Shown here piece by piece: positions 61,482-64,000 of a DNA stretch of 64,000 nucleotides. Numbering within the stretch: the stretch's first letter is position 1; each line of letters begins with the position of its first letter. Made by a program: the position numbers and the translations under genes. This stretch comes from Flavobacteriales bacterium (GTDB lineage: Bacteria; Bacteroidota; Bacteroidia; Flavobacteriales_F; PHOS-HE28): the NCBI GenBank assembly GCA_023382455.1, contig JAHDVX010000014.1, positions 16,867 to 80,866 on the forward strand, given 5' to 3'. Below the pieces are notes generated by a model. The model was not told the DNA's origin and did no database searches. It saw only the letters and a program-made list of their open reading frames with translations.

Positions 61482-62837
61482 TTATCTCAGTTTTCCCAGA
61501 ATATCCTGCTTCGTCAGGATCCCATACCCATTGGCTTGTTCCACCAGCACTGCAGGTGAGCCGTTGCCCAGGTTGCCCGCCACCTCTTCCAGCGTGGCCT
61601 CGGGCTTCAGCACGGGCAGGGCCGGGCCCATCACCACGCGGCAGGCCTGCAAGCGCACGTCGGCATCTTCAAGGATCGCATCGAACAGCCGGGCATCCGT
61701 GATGGTGCCCACGGGCTTGCCGCCCTCGAACACCGGCAACTGGTCGATGTTGTGCGCCCGCATCAGGTCGATGGCATTGCGAACGGGCTCCGCAGCTTCG
61801 ACGCTGAGCAGTTGCAGGTCCTTGCCCTTCAGCAGGTCGGCGGCGGTGGGCTTTTCCTCCACTAAGAAGCCGCGCTCGCGCATCCAGTCGTCGTTGAACA
61901 TCTTGCCCAAGTAGCGCGTGCCGTGATCGTGGAAGATCACCACCACCACATCGCCGGGCTTGAGTTTGTCCTTCATCTGCATCAGCCCCGCCATGGCCGC
62001 GCCCGCGCTGTTGCCCACGAAGATGCCTTCGTCGCGGGTGATCTTCCGTGTGTAGATCGCCGCATCCCGGTCCGTTACCTTCTCGAAGAGATCGATCAGG
62101 TCCATGTCCACGTTCTGTGGCACGAAATCTTCCCCGATGCCTTCAGTGATGTACGGATAGATCTCGTTCTTGTCGAAGATCCCCGTTTCCTTCAACTTCT
62201 TGAACACGGAACCGTAGGTGTCGATGCCCCATACCTGGATGCCGGGATTCTTCTCCTTCAGGTAACGCCCGGTACCGCTGATGGTACCGCCGGTGCCCAC
62301 GCCCACCAGCAGGTGGGTGATCTTGCCGTCGGTCTGGTCCCAGATCTCCGGGCCGGTGCTCTCGTAGTGCGCCTGGCTGTTGCTCAGGTTGTCGTATTGG
62401 TTGGCTTTCCAGCTGTTGGGGGTCTCCTTTTCCAGCCGCGAGCTTACCGAGTAGTAGGAGCGGGGATCTTCCGGGTCCACGTTGGTGGGGCACACGATCA
62501 CCTCGGCACCGAAGGCCCGCAGCGCGTCCACCTTCTCCTTGCTCTGTTTGTCGGTGGTGGTGAAGATGCACTTGTAGCCCTTGATGATCGCAGCCATGGC
62601 CAGGCCCATACCGGTGTTGCCGCTGGTGCCCTCAATGATGGTGTACCCCGGCTTCAGCTTCCCGGCCTTCTCGGCGTCCTCGATCATCTTCAGGGCCATG
62701 CGGTCCTTGATGCTATTGCCGGGATTGAAGGTCTCCACCTTGGCCAGCACCGTGCACGGCAGGTCGGCCACGATGCGGTTCAATTTCACCAAGGGCGTGT
62801 TGCCGATGGTGCTCAGGATGTTCTCATGGATCTTCAT
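61482..62837 (-). CDS. Cystathionine beta-synthase-like PLP enzyme with CBS domains
   Basis: NPGNSIKDR, TSGNTG, GVGTGGT, EGIG; C-terminal CBS pair. Confidence 0.9.
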   Translation of the reverse strand: MKIHENILSTIGNTPLVKLNRIVADLPCTVLAKVETFNPGNSIKDRMALKMIEDAEKAGKLKPGYTIIEGTSGNTGMGLAMAAIIKGYKCIFTTTDKQSKEKVDALRAFGAEVIVCPTNVDPEDPRSYYSVSSRLEKETPNSWKANQYDNLSNSQAHYESTGPEIWDQTDGKITHLLVGVGTGGTISGTGRYLKEKNPGIQVWGIDTYGSVFKKLKETGIFDKNEIYPYITEGIGEDFVPQNVDMDLIDLFEKVTDRDAAIYTRKITRDEGIFVGNSAGAAMAGLMQMKDKLKPGDVVVVIFHDHGTRYLGKMFNDDWMRERGFLVEEKPTAADLLKGKDLQLLSVEAAEPVRNAIDLMRAHNIDQLPVFEGGKPVGTITDARLFDAILEDADVRLQACRVVMGPALPVLKPEATLEEVAGNLGNGSPAVLVEQANGYGILTKQDILGKLR

Positions 62838-62883
62838 GCGCCGCGAAGGTAGGGGGACGGCAGGGGCGAAGTCGCTGAAGGCA

Positions 62884-64000
62884 TCAGAACCTCCCGTGCA
62901 GGCCCACCATGAAGTTCCGCCCCGGCGCGCTCACCCCGCTGCCGAAGGTGCGGTAGTTCATGTCCAGGATGTTCTCCAAGGCCAGCTGCAGGCTGAAGTG
63001 CGTGCTGAAGGCATAGCTGCCGCGCAGGTTCAGCGTGTACCAGGCGGGCGAGCCCTCGGGCGTGGCGGACTTCAGATTATCCTCGCTACCTGCTGTGGTA
63101 TTGTAATCGCGCAGGCGTTTCCAGCCATTGTACACCGCATCGCCCTCCAAGCGGAGCCGCTTGCCCTGGTATTCCAGCGCGGTGCGGCCGAACACGGGCG
63201 GAATGTGGTCCAAGGGTTGGTCGGTGCTGTCCGTGCGGATGCGCGCGTAGGTGTAGGTGAAGCCGCTCCGCAGGGTGAAGCGGTCGTTGAAATGGCCGGT
63301 GAACTGCGCACTGCCGCCGTAGAGGTAGGCCTCGCTGGTGTTCCGCAGCGCGGCCACGCGGCTCAGCACGCCGTCGTAGTCGATGCTGTCCGCGCCGTTC
63401 AGGGTGTACGGCCCCACGGTGATGGCATTGGTGTACAGCGTGTAGAATCCGTTCACCTCGATGGTGGCTTGCTCCGCGAAGGTCTTGCTGGCGGAGGCCT
63501 CGAAGTTGGCGGTGCGCTCCGGCCCGAGGTCGGGGTTGGGCACGATCACATCGCCCTGGGCACTGTCGAACACCTTGCCGATGTCGTCCACATTGGGCGC
63601 GCGGAAACCGGAGCTGGTGAGCACGCTGAAACGCCAGTCCCGGCCGGGCATGTACGCCGCCCCCACGCGCCAGGTGAGCGCCGTGTTGTCCTGCTTCCAT
63701 GTGCCGTTGAGGAAGCGGAAGTCCTCCTGGTCGTTGAACGTGGCACTGAGCTGCACGCTGGTGAGGCGCAGCCCTTCGGTGAGGACGAACTTCGGCGAGA
63801 ATTCGATCGAATGGTTCACGTAGGCCGCCAGTGAGGACATGGTGGAACCGCCGTTGGGGTAGCGCGTGGTGCGGTAGCTGCGGGCACCGGTGAGGATGTT
63901 CTCATTCCAGGCCGAGCTGCGCACTTCATCGCGGGAGAGGTCGGCGCCGTAGCGCAGTTCGTGTTTCCCGATCGGCGTCTCCAGGTCGGCATTGAGGCCG
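62884..64000 (-). CDS. TonB-dependent receptor, C-terminal part (5' end outside window)
   Basis: Frame open to the window edge; GFRAPN...NPDL.PE, ENILD.NY, PGRNF, terminal Phe. Confidence 0.9.
   Translation of the reverse strand, partial: GLNADLETPIGKHELRYGADLSRDEVRSSAWNENILTGARSYRTTRYPNGGSTMSSLAAYVNHSIEFSPKFVLTEGLRLTSVQLSATFNDQEDFRFLNGTWKQDNTALTWRVGAAYMPGRDWRFSVLTSSGFRAPNVDDIGKVFDSAQGDVIVPNPDLGPERTANFEASASKTFAEQATIEVNGFYTLYTNAITVGPYTLNGADSIDYDGVLSRVAALRNTSEAYLYGGSAQFTGHFNDRFTLRSGFTYTYARIRTDSTDQPLDHIPPVFGRTALEYQGKRLRLEGDAVYNGWKRLRDYNTTAGSEDNLKSATPEGSPAWYTLNLRGSYAFSTHFSLQLALENILDMNYRTFGSGVSAPGRNFMVGLHGRF

Overview
High-GC Bacteroidota chromosome segment, probably Flavobacteriales-like. This is inferred from type IX secretion (T9SS) cargo genes, TAnnTTTG promoters, GS type III, DUF2851/DUF3467 and gene order. 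It is mostly housekeeping: purM, prfA, folK, valS, holA, pyrF, and rpsU-xerC-hpf-tRNAs-tuf-secE-nusG-rplKAJL-rpoBC. Accessory or unusual content: (1) a compositionally distinct ~6.3 kb cassette with an XRE regulator and three translationally coupled T9SS-type secreted proteins that share a private C-terminal domain and a 57/59-bp repeat; (2) an RpoB with Q513A/M515L/H526N-equivalent substitutions in the rifampicin pocket; (3) a network of intergenic heptamer tandem-repeat tracts, including a nested repeat locus at 28.2-28.6 kb; (4) a 191-bp MITE with TTA duplication; (5) a DUF4160/DUF2442 pair with an in-frame TGA; (6) a ppx gene with no canonical start codon; (7) an Asp-to-Glu pseudo-receiver regulator; (8) a candidate ~180-nt structured RNA. 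All family calls come from motif recognition by eye; no database search was run.
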